Counted from the first letter of the stretch, positions 26,832-42,231 are shown. The stretch: DNA of 64,000 bases from Paraspadella gotoi (GCA_051294375.1 CM119269.1:12254896-12318895); one strand, 5' to 3'. Translations and numbers: made by a program. The notes: generated by a model from the letters alone, not told the origin.

Positions 26832-28160
26832 TGATTGGGCGCTTTCGGGGGAGAAAAGGGGGGGAGGGGGGGGGGACAGACAGGTAAGGGGATGGACGGG
26901 GGAGTGTGTGGGTGGGGGGGGGGGTGGGGGTGGAGCGAGGGGGGGTAGGGGCGGCCGCGGAGTGCGGGGGGGGGACGGGGGAGGGAGGGATGGGAGAAGG
27001 TGAGAAGGGGAAAGGGAGAAAAGCGGGAAGGGAGGGGGGGGAAGGAAGGAAAAAAGCAGGGGGGGAAGAGGGGGGGGAGAAGAAAATAGCAAGGTTCCCG
27101 TGTAACCGCTTATTGGTTCGGAAAAAAAAAAAAAAAAAATAAATTGCGCGATCTCGACTGGTCAAAGCTTATGGGATCCTCAAAGAGGGGGTATGAGTGC
27201 GAGGAGAGAGATGAAAGGAAAGAGAGTGGAGTAGATGAAGGAAGGTGAGAGCAGGAGAGTTTGGAAGGGATGGAGATGGATTGGAGATCTCGAGATCGGA
27301 TTGACAAGAGGAGAGACGATGAGAATGGAGAGAGAGAAGAAGGAGAGACCGGGTGACGAGATGAGAGAAAGACGAGAGGAGGGAGAGAGAGAGATGCAAA
27401 CGCGTTCTGCCTGGAACTATTGTTAAAGGATTGCTAAAGTTAATTTTTAATCACTGGTTTATATATATAAAGTATCCTTATAGTTAGTTCTCTCCAATAT
27501 TTCAATGTTTTACTGGACTGCAATTTTTATGAAAATTGGTACAACCAATTTATTGTAGTATAACTAATATATATAAGTTCTACAAAGAAAGCTTACCAAT
27601 TCACGGATTTAAAATACATAGTTAATTATTACATATTTTAGATGGAGACAAGCTTATTCGAGGTTCATGTTCTTTTAGGACGCATTCGGAAGGACTGTTC
27701 GGACGAACGACGACGAGACGACGACGGACGGACGACCGGACCCGGACGATCGACTCACAAGGGGCGAGCTCCTTTCTTCTCCTTCGTCTTCTTCGCCTTT
27801 TTCGTACGAATTATTCATGAAAGAGAATCGATAGAGGAAAATAATATGAGGAAAGAAAGAAAGAAAAGAAAGAAAGAAAGAAAGAAAGAAGAAAGAAAGA
27901 AGGGAGTGAGAAAGAAAGAAAGCACAAGGAAAGAAACCTTAGGGAATCGGAAGAAAAAAAATAATAAGGGTGAAAGAAGGGAGGGGAATCGAAGATGAAG
28001 GGAAGCGTGAGAGAAGAGAGGCGAGAGGGAATTGTGAGCGTGAAATCGAAAAAAAAAGACACGAAAAGAGAAAAGATAGGATAAGGAAAGGGGGGAAAAA
28101 GAAGGAACGAAAAAAAAAGAAAAAGATGAAAAAAAAAAAAGAAAAAAAGAAAAAAAAAAG

Positions 28161-28198
<38 letters not shown>

Positions 28199-28460
28199 CG
28201 GGGGGCGGAAAAAAGTGCGGGGGGAAAAAGGTAATAGAAGCGAAATATTTTTGAGATTTTTTTTGGTGTGGTTTATTATTCTTCTGTTTTTAGCTGATTT
28301 TTGTGTTTCTTATCTGTTAAAATTTAATATTTCATAAAAAAGGAAAGTAAAAGAATATAAAAAAGAGATAATAAAAAACAACCCACACCCAAAAAAAAAA
28401 TAATATAAAAAAAAAAAAAAAAAAAAAAAATAAAAATAAAAGGGTCTAATTAAAAAATTG

Positions 28461-28499
<39 letters not shown>

Positions 28500-31400
28500 A
28501 AAAAAAAAGATCAACATAAAAAAAAAGAAAAAAAAACAAAAAAAAAAAAAAAAAAATAAAAAAAAAAAAAAAAAAAATAAAAAAAAAAAAAAAACGTCAT
28601 GGGGAAAGAGAAAAAAATGTCACACAAGCCATGAAAAAATATGTATATATATGACCATCATCCTACGAAATCTTACCAAGAAATTCGTTTTCTCTATTTT
28701 TATGCTACTAAATCCCTCTCGTTTCGACGCTAATTCTCAATCGGTTTTGCGGCGATATCCATAATTAAAGGCGGCTTCTTTGGAGGCGAATGTCAAACGC
28801 TCCTGCCAGGATCTACTCGTGCCATGGCGGTCTCCAGTAATCTCTATCGCCCGCTCACGCGTATCTACCATAAGGCGCTGCATTCAGCCAGGAGACGTGG
28901 TTACGAGATCAGACCTTCTTCCGTTTTACTGCTAGGACGTCTCTGGGCGTCGTTTTTGCGTTCTCGGAGACTAGTGAAACCGTCCCCGGACTCAGCAGCA
29001 TTCGACAGAGTGATGCAGCGTCGGGACTGGGCCCGTGCAGCAGCTCGTGCTACCGCTGAGGCCAGAGTAGTTATTTTCGTTTGACTTTTCTGTTCACATG
29101 TCTGCGAGTCACACAATGCGCAAGATCATATTTAAGGATATAAATAAATTATTAATTGTGTCTCGTATATTTAGGGAGGACAAAAAGGGCTTAAATGTGG
29201 AGAGGAAGAAAGTATCAGAATAAGATCAATATTCCAACAAGTACTTTACCAGATTCCAACGGCAAATGAGCTCGAACTATATTGTTGTAAAGATAAAGAG
29301 GATGAATTCTTGTTAATACATTTTATATAAGTAACTTTATTTTCTCTATCTTTCGTTTTTTTATAAGTTTCATTTTATTTATAAGTACTATTAGTTGTGC
29401 GATGAGATATTAAACTTTTATTTTTTAGTTGGTGTCATAGTATTTACATATATTTTTATATACATGCAATCGTTATAATCATGAGGCGGATATAATTTTG
29501 ATTGACCCCAGCTGAAAGTAAAAAAAGAGTTATTTCAGACTGTTTGTCATGAAAAAAAAATTAATTTTCTTGTATTGATGTAAGTACCAAATTTTTTTTT
29601 AGTTTGGACAGACAAAATATTGACATCTACCATACTAATATTGATTTGGCGTTTTATTAAATACTTTTTTGCATGTTTTTTAAATTTGTGCGACGAAATA
29701 TACTAAACTAACAGCTGAGTGTTCGTTTCGAAAAAAAAGCAAACCAAACGAGACATTCTCTTTCTTTCGCGCCTTAACGAATGTATTTTAAAAAACCGAC
29801 ACTCCTCCTCGGAGACTTCGAGCCCGGCGAAGGACGAAGTGAAAAAGGCAAACAATCTTTCGGCAAAGTTCGGGAAATGGGAGATATAAGGGAGTGACGA
29901 TAGGCGAATACCGCATGAAGATCTAATAATGGTTCCGATGCCTATGACCCGGCGATTAAGGTTCAAAGAGACGTTCCTCAAGGCAAGACGTGGGTCGGGA
30001 ACCGCCCACAAGGTAAGAAGGAGGTAGAGAGTTCGTCGTGAATCATAATCTTCCTTGACCGCCATTTCATAATGTAGCTTCCACCTGGTCCCAACCTCGC
30101 CATCCTACGCCCCGACTAGAAACCGACACCTGGTACCGGAGGTACACCACGCACCAAACGTCGCGACCTTCATCCGTTTTATTGCACAACGAAGACTCTC
30201 GCAGTGTCTCGTATCCCTTTCCAGCCAATCAACGAGGACTCTAACTCTTCCCTCAACATTTGAAACATGGGTTTTTATGCGTTTTTTATTTACTTATTTT
30301 GCCATTTTAATTTTTGCCCATTAACGAAGAGTTTTTGAGACTTAGGTATCTCATTATCTTTACTATGATTCCACTTTTTTTTTTCGCCTCAAATCGAGGC
30401 ATTTTTTGTTCTAGTTTTCAAAGAATTCTTTTACAATTTGTTTTTTTCATCATATCGTTTTCGCGAGTCTGTGCTTAAATCATGATTTAGAATTCGGTTT
30501 TTCATCTCCCCGCATTCGTTTCATAAATTTATTCAAACAATGGATTTCTATAAATTGAGTATACGTATATTTTTGCCTATTTTATTTAAATAGTTTCTCT
30601 CTCTGGGGGAGAAAGAGTATCGTTAACAATGCTTTCGCACTACGTCGTTCACCTAGCATTCCCGTTGCGGATCTCCCTTTCTCTCGGGCGAAATTAGTTC
30701 CCATTCACCAGGTCGGAGCGGCGACCGCTCTCTCACCACCGCTCATGCCTCTCTCGCCGTTCGTCGACACTCTCCATTCCAGCGGATCCTAGCGGACCTT
30801 CAGACCGAGGGCAATTCGACAAAATTTTCTCTGCATTCCGTCGGGAAATCGCAAAATAAAAAAAAAAACACCAAGAGATTTGTCCGAACAGACCAGCGCA
30901 GACATCATCAAAACCTCCCTTGTAAAGCCAAGAAGTTCGCTCACCTGAAGACACATCAACGTTGGCGAGAGTGGCCTGCAAAAATTGACAAGCAAGGCCG
31001 CCGTTCTCAAATCTCACTAACTTCTTCCAAAAATACAACGACGTCGAGTTTGGCGAAGCAGAGGGGATGATGGACGAAAATCTTGACCAAATCTTCATGA
31101 AGTAGGGAGTTATGCTTGTTGAAATTACGAGTATGACTATGTATGAAGTTAATAACAAAAAATTAGGCGACAGATATTATGCCAGTATTTGTGCAATAAC
31201 CGAAAGTGAAATGTTTAACCCTACGTTTTCGGAATTCTGCGTCATATTCCGAGGTTGCTGCCCATCGAAACTTACACTGCGTTCTTTGAGCGTACATCAT
31301 TAAACGGCTTCATAGGGTTCTCACGTCGACAGCTTATTTCCTACTTTTATTCAGCCGCACGAGATTTCTTCGCAATTCTTTCGTCTGCATGAGAAGTTGC

Positions 31401-34400
31401 TTGAGCATATGCGACCTCCGCGACCCTCAAACTCGTTTGTATCCGAAGCCAAGACGGGATCTCTGCGAAAATTAATCTATCACGCGTCCCGACGAAAGCG
31501 GAAAGAACGCACCACCGCCATTGAAAATTCTTACCGCTCGAACGGTCATATATTGTGCCCCTTGAGGATGCTGGCTTCTGAGATTTTTCACAAGAGGCAA
31601 CGCCGAAAAACACTTCCTTCGATCTGGATCACTGTCGAGTGCCAAATTGTTCCACAATGAATAGGTATTGACGAGATTAGTTTCTTGGGCGATCAGTTGG
31701 CCGGTATGTCTGTTCTGTCGTCTGATTTCCCCACTTATGTTTTGAATTAACATAACTGCTGTATACTTTTCATCAGTTGAAGTTCAGTGATGAACCATGA
31801 GTCCTTAATGTGTATATTTTCATAGTAGTACTTGTAGCAACTGATAATCTTGAAACTCGATCATATGACCGGGAAATTCATGCAAATTTAATGTATAATG
31901 CTTCATATTTCAATGTTACATATTGTTATAAGTACGTGACATGCAGAATACGTCAACGTGATTCAGAAAGTTAAATGCCGTGTTGGTTGGTTTAAGAAGA
32001 TAAGGTGCCTTACAAGCATTGCTGTTGTGCAGGTTTCATACTCGGGGTGAAAGTCTCGTGCCGCCGTAGAAAGTCATTGCGCGGCGCAACACCTTGATGG
32101 ATTTGTTATAAAAAATTACGAAAATAGTACGAGAAATAAATCTAAAATTACTTACGTAACTACGTACGTCGTACATCTATCTTGGATAAGATCACAAAGT
32201 ATTTTTTTCTATTAAACGAAAATGTATGTATTTTGGCTGCTTTATGCCACTTTATGGCAAACAGCCTGGGTTGCCTGCGTATGCCCATTGGGATATGGGG
32301 CATCTCACTGTTGGCTTGGGGCTCCGACCCTCAGTGACGCCTACCAGTCACTGGGGCGCCGGTTAACCTAGGACGGTCTCGCTTTGCCAACGCAGAGGAG
32401 GTCTTTAGATGTGGATGAACCACTACCGCCTGGATGGTGTGTTCCCCTCTGAGCCAATGGATTTGGAATAGAGGATGACGACGTCTGGAGCGGTGTGAAT
32501 ATACCTGCCACAGGATCCCGGGCCAAGACATTCACTCAGGTTCCTCAAGCCTGAGTAGGTGTCTGACAAGACTGTTACCATAGTGGGAGAGAGAGAGAAG
32601 AGCGCGAGTTTGTGTGGCATAGGCGTTTCACGTAGCGTTACCCCAGGTGGCATTATCGTTTGTGCGTTAGTCATACCGAACGTCGCAGGGCTATAGTGGT
32701 TTCGTAGCGTACCCTGAGAAGGTTGCTGGTTCGAGAGTAGCTCACCACCGATGGCAACAGCCGAGGTTGCGGATGATGCCATTGGGAATGGGGGCATCTC
32801 ACTGTGGCTTTGGGCTCCGAGCCTCAGTGACGCCCTCCAGCACTGGCGCGTTACCCTAGGACTGGTCGTCCGCTTTGCCAACGCAGAGGGAATCGTTAGG
32901 TACTGGATGGAACACTACCTTGGCATGTGTGTTCCCCTCTGAGCCGAATGATTTTGGCTGAAGGATGACGGGACGTGACGTGATGTTGAATATTACCGCC
33001 ACACTATACAATTTACTTTCCTCACTCCCGAATGAATCTGCAGAGATAACTGATTATCAGGACGGACTCCCTGCTCGCACGTGTCGTGCACTGTTTTGAA
33101 ATCGGCGCCCGAACGAAACTCTTAAAATTTCAAAGTCTGCCTCTACTGTACTGAGATCCAACTGAGTTGCGCGATTTTCTGTCAACGCGGTTGGGCGATG
33201 GACGCGCGGCGGCTTCTTGGCATCGCCGCCGACGAGGGTTCATCTTTGCGGCGACGCCCGCCATGAGTGAGATATTCGAATCATTCTTTAAGCGGTTCGG
33301 CTTCAGGTTTAATTAAGTACATACATTCTACATTCTTACTACTACAGTTTGTCCAAATAGTTAATGGCTATTGACGGCGATTGTAAGTGAGATTTAGAAA
33401 ATACGACAGGAGTTAAACTCCTTTGACCATTGAGTCTCAGCCCATGCAGTCTTATAGTGATGTGGCGTCACGGACTTGAATTTCTGAAAATGTTTTCAAA
33501 ACATTATTTTTTTCTAAAAAACATTTTGCTAGTTGTTTCAGGCGACGCTTGTGGTTGTGCCTTCAGTAAAAGCGAACTCTAATGACATTCGCGTCGATGG
33601 ATTATATTAGGCGTTCAGAGTGCAGTCATTTACGGGTGGCCTCCCACCTGAAGTTAAGAAAAAAACAATCGAATCTCAATGACCCCGAAAATTCCTTGCA
33701 AAGTTCTGGTCGCAACCGCACGCATATCGAATGCTGGGCTCAACGCTCAACATCGGAGGATAAAAGTCATTTTTAACACCCTTATTTAAACCAACTTTAT
33801 TAGAAACTGGTGAGTATTTTGTCAATTATTCCCTTTTTTCACCATCATCGATCATAGATAAAAATGTATTTCATTACTTTAAGGCAGAAAAACTATTGCG
33901 AACAACTCTTATACCACTCACGCTCAAACAAAAATAGCCGGCGCGCCGGCCGTTCAGAACTCAATTTCCACACGGCTATTGTTAGGCGATGTCGGATAAC
34001 GATTTGGACCTTACATAAGGCAGTTTGCATGGTAGTCTCCTGTGGAATCAGTCAGACAAGTTGGTCCTCAACCCGACAGCGGATATCAGCTGAACTCTTT
34101 GCTTTTCATCCTTCGCCGAGCTAGCCTATCCAACCTCATAGACCACGTCTTCATGTCACTCTCAAAACTAGAACACGACATGTTTTTCATCTTTATGAAC
34201 CTTGAGATCTAAAGTTTTCGCCGATACAATTCTAGCACCCATTCCGATCCTCATTCAAACAGAAATATATGTACTTTTGCTCGTTCTCCTATTTCTCTAA
34301 AAAAGGAACCTTTCGCTTGCGGCCATTGTTTCTCAAAATTTCCCGCCAATTTTCCAAAGACGAACCTTATCACGTTTTAAACTGGTCGCCGGAACACTTG

Positions 34401-37400
34401 GGTTTGGCCGCTTAAAAAACTCCGGAAAACTATTCGTGCAATGGCCACATGGAGTGCGTGTACGACGTATGCGACTATTGCTATCTCTGGTTGAGTTCTG
34501 CCGATTTGCAGATCCCAATTTCCCGACGCCACCATGGTCCGCGACTCTGCAGCCAAGAGCTGACGGAAATGATCACCTCGGCATAATCAACATACACAAA
34601 ATACTTAATGCAGAGAGGACCAAAATTTAGTCTGCCAACAAGCCGGATCCTTCTCAAAAGAATGAAGGGAAGTCAAGGAGTCGCCGAGAAAGCGTTTTCG
34701 CGGTTCTTTAAAAGCGCGATACGGGAAAGAATAAACTTTAATGTGTTATTTGCAGAAAATTCTGAGGGAGTTGGATCGATGTTGAAGCGCGCGAGACGAG
34801 TAAACCAAGAGAAGAAGAAGCGATAAGAAAACATCGATGAAGAAGCGGCGAATTGAAAGAGATAAAGCGTAAATGAACTTAGTAGAGTCCGGTAGAAAGG
34901 TGTCTCGGAAGCCTGAATGAAAATATACGAGCATGTGCGAAAAGGAGAGAAAGACAGTAACGTTAAACGTATAAAATATGCAGTGGGGGATTCTAATGAT
35001 GCCAGATAAATCAGATCTATACAGCCTATATGCGCGAGTTAAGTTAATTAACCGTAAAAAGAACAGAGTCCTCATCCACCACGTAATACGAATGCATGTA
35101 GATGAAATAAGATAGTAAGAAAAAATCACAGAAAAGGAAACCTATGACGTGGAAAAATCAGAATCTGTGAGAAACAGATAGGCCTAATGGAAATGAATAA
35201 AAAAGCCAAATGAACGTCGACCCTGAAACCGTGCAACAGTCTTGCCGCGGCGTAGAACCGGCTCTCGATCCGTCATCCTCTCCTCGATTGGAGATGCGGA
35301 CACATAAGCTACCCCTGAACGTGTAAGAGTCCTCTCCTAATGGTGGCCGTGAATGGCCTCGCAGGAAACCTCTATGGTACCTCATTCGGAGCAACCGAGC
35401 AAGCATCTGATGTCAGTGAATAATGAGCATCAGACAAAGTCGTGGAAGGGTAAACAGCGCCAGGCGTGATGCCAATGGAACTGAACGCGTGGCGGTGGGG
35501 GAACCGCACACACAAGGACGACTACTCTCTCGACCATGTGGTGAAATTATGCAAACGTGGAGTGCCACAACAAGTGGGCCTGTGATGATGTGCAGGGAAT
35601 GTTGGAACAGCTAGGCTAGCATGTAGGGACAGACTACATAACAAGAAACGCGTGTCTACATACTCGCGATGGCGGGAGGAAGGCGTGGGCAAAAGCTCCC
35701 AGCCAGACAGTCAGAAAGAACTCCAAACAACTGGTACCAAAACAGTGATCAAGATAGACTGTCTGAGGTAACCGTATGTCACTAACAACTAAAGAAAAAA
35801 AGTGAGAAATGTAAAGCCGCGGCAAATCGTGCGGCACGGTAACCCTGCAGGCTACGTATGTCCAAACCCAGACACGGATCGCTACTGCAGGAACTTGCGC
35901 AGACGGCAATACGACAAAACCGAGCTCTGAATGTCGGAAGAGCACGCCGACGTCGCTCGGTCCTGAGTCGCGAGTCGGCAATCCATCGCGGCCATCCCGC
36001 GCGTCATGAAGCGGCACACGCCGACCGACTAACCTTCCTTCCTCAAACGCCTGCCAGTCACGTCGCAGCCAATGATCTATGTCCTCCGATTACGCCAAAC
36101 TCCAAGGCCAAAAAATCAATTCCTCATCGTCGATCCGTCCCACGAGCACACGTACTAAACAACCAGCGGCACCAGTCATAATAATTCTCGTACCGTTCCT
36201 AAGCTCCGGCGACTATAAGTCTCTGCCTCAAACTAACGCTCGCCCTCTGCCAATACACTCCTGCACTACTCGAAAATACTGTCTACTCAGACACCGAATC
36301 GCACGCGATACCGCGCCAGCGCCAAACATTCAAAACAATCCCCCGCGTAAACTCGACGTCGCAGCAAAAGCTGATCGAATCTCAGCAGGATAAGGAAAAA
36401 TAAAGTAACAAATCCAACAAACGTCAACCTACCAGCCACCACGTCATAAGTAAAATCTCCGACGGAATCACACAAAAGCAAGAACTCAAATCCCCTCAAC
36501 GATCAGCTCCGCACGACCCTGCCATATCTTCTCTTCTATCCGTTCTCAGCACCCCGTCACTCACGAAGTAAACCCCTCCGGACGCCGAAATACAGCCGCG
36601 AAATGTCCGACAAAACAAGCAACTCGATCAGCCAAAACTGCGTCCCATGCGTCCGCCTCCTCTGTATCTGACAAAATCCACCGACTATGCTCACCAATCC
36701 AAGTCCTCTACTACATACGAATCGATGCCTGCCCAAAGATCTCAGAAATGAGAAATACTTTACGAACACTCACACATCCAAACATCAAAATGACAAGTCA
36801 TAAGTTCATCGCTAAGCAGGTCCGCGGATCCTATACGTTCTTCTAGTTGACGTATGATAGCATTACGTAACACAAACATCTCTGCGGCTTGTGGAAAGAT
36901 AATCACCCCGAAGTATATGGTAACCTACGTCCTAACAGCTCTACCTCTGATACCTAGCGCCAGATAATCCCGTTGCACATGTATAACAAATCGGAATATA
37001 AGCTCTCATTGTTAACATGTTAAAGAACTAGTTCTCAGAAGAAGTACTCATAGAACAAACAGTAATCACTCTGCAAAAAACTTCCTAATTTTTAATGATA
37101 TATTAGTCTAATCTATAACTCTCAGATTTGCAACTATATTCCAGCCAAAACAATACTCATCAGCTCAAACCGTTATCGGGTCACATCAAGTCTTTTCGAT
37201 GACTCCCGGAATGAAGATTTATATCCGACAAACCACTCTTACACGCCGATCTCAACTCGCATGACGGAGCCCACAACAAGTCTCGATCATCATGCCTAAT
37301 GCCCAGTCTAACGGCTCCGAGTATAGTTGCTCTCTTTATCTGCGCGACTGGCCGTCCACCGATTGTCCACGCGATGCGCTCGCTCCTCGGTCAGTCAAAG

Positions 37401-39540
37401 ATGAGTACTAGCTTTTAACGATGAGCTTACTGATAGCACCACCCCCCTACGCTCGCGAAAATCGTCTCCATGATCCGTTGAAGCGGCGACGCAAAACGCG
37501 CCAAGAGAAGAGACACGCACCTCCACAGTGCTCGACTAATCTACGATACAGACTGCCCAGAGAACTGACTGATATAGAGGAGCGCAGAGATCCTGATGAG
37601 CGAAGACAGAATAGGAACGAGATGCCAAGACTCCCTCTACGACTCAAACGTAGTGATCAGTATCCGAAGTTCCTAATACGAAAACAATCGTGCCTACTCT
37701 TAAAACCAAGATGAGACATAAGAAACTGGACCTCGCCCACCCTCAAGGTAGCATCTACCATGATACGCTCATGACCATCCTACCCGCACTAGTCGGATCG
37801 AAGGCAGGACGAAGACCATAATGCCGAAGAACGAATAAACGACGGCCAAGGTAGAACGAACGACGCAGACGCGACAACCCTCCGATCTCAGCACGGAATA
37901 ATGCCGCTATCCGTGACGGAAAAAACACGGCCCACAAGAGAAACAGAAAGGAACGAACACGCCGCCATGAACGATTCGTCGATCAGCCCAGCGAATCGTG
38001 AGATCCCCCATGTCGCGAGATGAAATTGAGTCAGAAAGCACTTAGCACCTACGGTCCTAGCGTAATGAAATGACACGCCCGCCAGAGAGCACCCAACCGC
38101 GTACCTCCAAAATTCTCAGCACTCGCCCAGAGACGGTTAAGCTATATATCAACTCCAAAACCACACGGACGCCCACAACCTCCTTCTCGGCAGCACTCGA
38201 GTATACGAAAGGCCGATGTAAGCATCCGACGAACTCACCAAATGCTAGACCACTCCCAAAGGACTCCCTAAGCGAACGTAAGATCAAGAGTCACGAAAAT
38301 CCAAACGCCAAAACAGCCGAACGATAAAAGAAGCATAAAAAAATCCGGAGAGACCACAAGACGACATACGCTCCTCAACGATGCGAATAATCCAACCAAA
38401 AAAGAAAAAAGCCCAAAGAAAACATTGATCGCCCCGAGCAAGAAATTCAGTACGCCCAAAAGAGAGAAATAGCACATATTGTATAAGTATAACCAGGTTA
38501 AAACTCGATAAAAGAAACTAAGCTCTCAAATTAAAGCTATCGTGAGCGACGTAGACAGCCAATGCCTCTGGAGATCTAATATGCATACTCGGCGCAGACC
38601 GCAGCCCGTTCCTCGGCGCTGATCTTGTGCTTCAATCCAATGATGCGCCGCCATCGTCATATGCAGATCAATCGACGTCAAAAAGAATAATCTAATTCTA
38701 TATCAGATAGTAGATCAATTCTACACAATGCTACTAGCTAAAATAAAGACAAATCTCGCACATTCGTAATATATAAGTAGAACTAGATCAGTTCATAAGT
38801 AAAACCAAATAATCACATCGCTTATTAATCTATCAACAATAAACTATACGAATCAATCAATGTATTTATTACTAGATTAATAATGCTTGATAGACCTGAT
38901 AATGGCAAATATAGAACAACCGAGTGTATAAAGCTCTCTTCATGCAATAATCACTAACTTGAATATCTCCATCATCAATCATCCTACCTCGTTCGTGCCT
39001 CTCCATCTCTGTATCTCTCTCTCATCTGGCCGATCTCTTCTCTCTTAGTCTCTCACTTCATAAACCATGAATCCTATACCGTGCTACTCTTTACATACAT
39101 TAACATAAACTCCGACAAATCTCAGATAACGACGTAAATGTATACAACGATCTAATTCTGACTTATAATTCGTACATCTCAATCTATAGAAGTATAATGC
39201 CATCTAATTATATTAACTATATACGACTGAAGATAATGAGCAAGGCGCTCTCGCACCCATATGTAAAGTAGAACACTATATAGCACCGAGTGGCAAGAAC
39301 GCACCGATCGCACGTGACTGTACCGCGAGAGATGCAGAACAGATGAGAGGTAATCAGTATGACCGTATGATGAAGAGAGAGACAGTATAAGAAGAGAGTA
39401 GAGAGAGAATGAGAGTTTGACGGACAATGGAAATACGAGAAAGGATTAAGAATGGTAGGATGGGTAGTGACAAAAAAGAAACGATTACGCTAGACACACC
39501 GCGAGAACTATAGAGAGCAGATAGGATGTCGAAAAGATAA
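26832..39540. other. low-quality gap-fill segment (probable raw long read)
   Basis: 27391-27900 is an insertion-laden copy of 25277-25800, and ~36800-37450 is a more garbled copy of ~26060-26420. Poly-A and poly-G smears at 28100-28600 and 26850-27080. Confidence 0.75.
32254..33003. repeat. two ~250-nt direct repeats with ~497-nt period, GC-rich and hairpin-rich
   Basis: 32254-32512 aligns with 32751-33003. Confidence 0.85.
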
Positions 39541-39752
39541 GAAGCCGAAGATAGACAAGGAAGATCGCAATGAGTGAGACAGTAAGAGAAGCGAAGATAG
39601 ACAAGGAGAAAGAGGAGACAGAAGAGGAAGATAGGAAGCGAAGAAAGACAAGGAGGAAGAGGAGACAGAAGAGGAGGATAGGAAGCGAAGATAGACAAGG
39701 AGAAAGAGAAGACAGAAGAGGAAGATAGGAAGCGAAGATAGACAAGGAGAAA
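39541..39752. repeat. ~47-bp purine-rich minisatellite, about 4 copies
   Basis: Unit gaagcgaagatagacaaggagaaagaggagacagaagaggaagatag. Confidence 0.85.
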
Positions 39753-40255
39753 AAAGATCGAAAATGAGTCCAGATGGTTAAATAAAAAAAAAATAGAAGA
39801 AAGACGTTGATATTTGGCGCAAAGAAAAGAAAGGAAAGAAGAGGGAAAGAAAGGAAAAGGAGTTTATGATTTGAGAAAACAAAGAAAGGTCGAGGAGAAA
39901 ACGTAGAAAGAAAGGAAAAGAAAATCTTGAAAAGAGAGTAAAGATAAGTAGAGGATCAAACGGGAGCGAAGAAAGAAAAGAGTAAAGGAGAAGAAAAAGA
40001 AAGTTAAAGGAGATAATGATTTTTTTTAAAAGATAAGTAAAGGAACGAATGGGACCGATAAAAAGAAAGGAAAAGTAAAAGAGAAAAAAAGGTAAAGGAG
40101 ATAATGAATTTTTTTTAAAAAATAGATAAGTAAAGGAACGAACAGGAGCGAAGAAAGAAGAAGAAAAGGTGAGGTTCTCAAATTGTTCGTTAATGGAGAA
40201 AATATTTGCGAATCAGCTTTGTGTAAATATCATAAACTTTGGATCCCTCGTCGTT

Positions 40256-40326
<71 letters not shown>

Positions 40327-40745
40327 GGAAAACATAATGTCAAAGTGGATTTACTTAAATTTCTTGAAAAACGAACGACGACAACGATGACGACGAACGA
40401 CGAACGACGAACGACGAACGACGACGTCTGAATCGTATGAGTCCAATCAGTTTGGGACCACGAGGCGATTATTTTCTCGCCCCTTCTTCAAAGGGAGAAT
40501 TATTTACAAAAGGATGAAGTTAAAATGTTTGTACTGAAATTAGTTTAGATAAAAATGTTTTCTTTTTTTCCTTGAGATTCGAGCGATGGGAGTTGTTGAG
40601 TTATTGATATGATATTGATTTTAATGCATCGTAAGGTAAAGGCTACTAACTTAAGGGAAGTAGACAATGTTTAAAGTACAGCGGTCACTTTAATCTTCCG
40701 TTCATTGATCAATACGAAAACCTCGTTCTAAAAGTTGAAAAATTA

Positions 40746-41437
<692 letters not shown>

Positions 41438-41664
41438 CTGACGAAAAACCAAGAAAAATTTTTTTCTGGATTTACAATTTAAATTACATCCTCGTATTCA
41501 ATTTATATATACAAACTCATTTATTCATATATTCTTCGTCGGCTTAATTTACATTTCTACGTCGTCAATCGTTTCGAGTCCAGGATTTTAGAAAAATTTG
41601 AAAACCTTAATAAATCCTTTTCTTGTTTTATTTAATTCTGACTCCAGTTTTAAAAATCAAGAAA

Positions 41665-41698
<34 letters not shown>

Positions 41699-42231
41699 NN
41701 NNNNNNNNNNNNNNNNNNNNNNNNNNNNNNNNNNNNNNNNNNNNNNNNNNNNNNNNNNNNNNNNNNNNNNNNNNNNNNNNNNNNNNNNNNNNNNNNNNNN
41801 NNNNNNNNNNNNNNNNNNNNNNNNNNNNNNNNNNNNNNNNNNNNNNNNNNNNNNNNNNNNNNNNNNNNNNNNNNNNNNNNNNNNNNNNNNNNNNNNAAAG
41901 AAAAAAGAAAGAAAGAAAAAAGAAGAAAAAAATAAAGAAAGAAAAAAAGATTGGAAAATTATTCCGAAAAAGAGAAAAGAAAATTTGTGAGGGAAATTCG
42001 GTTTTGACATTACGATTGTCGTATAATCAAGAGGAAGTTTAATATGTTTGTATGTCTGTAAGACTATAAGAAATAATAGAAAGTTTTTGCATAATGGTTA
42101 ACCAGGGTTACGTAAGTTGAAAAAAAAACTGAATATGAATTTTAAATATTAAGCAAAAAAAAGGTGAAAATATAGTTAAAAAAGAAAGAAAGGAAAAAAT
42201 AAACTATAAAAAAATTAAATAGAATCTAAAA

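Noticed and set aside
26850-27080. G-quadruplex cluster
   Set aside because: It lies at the start of the low-quality gap-fill, so the G-runs are probably base-calling noise.
39541-39752. CRISPR-like array (also considered 47600-48320 and 43149-43620)
   Set aside because: These are head-to-tail minisatellites or irregular noisy repeats with no unique regular spacers and no cas genes, in a eukaryotic context.
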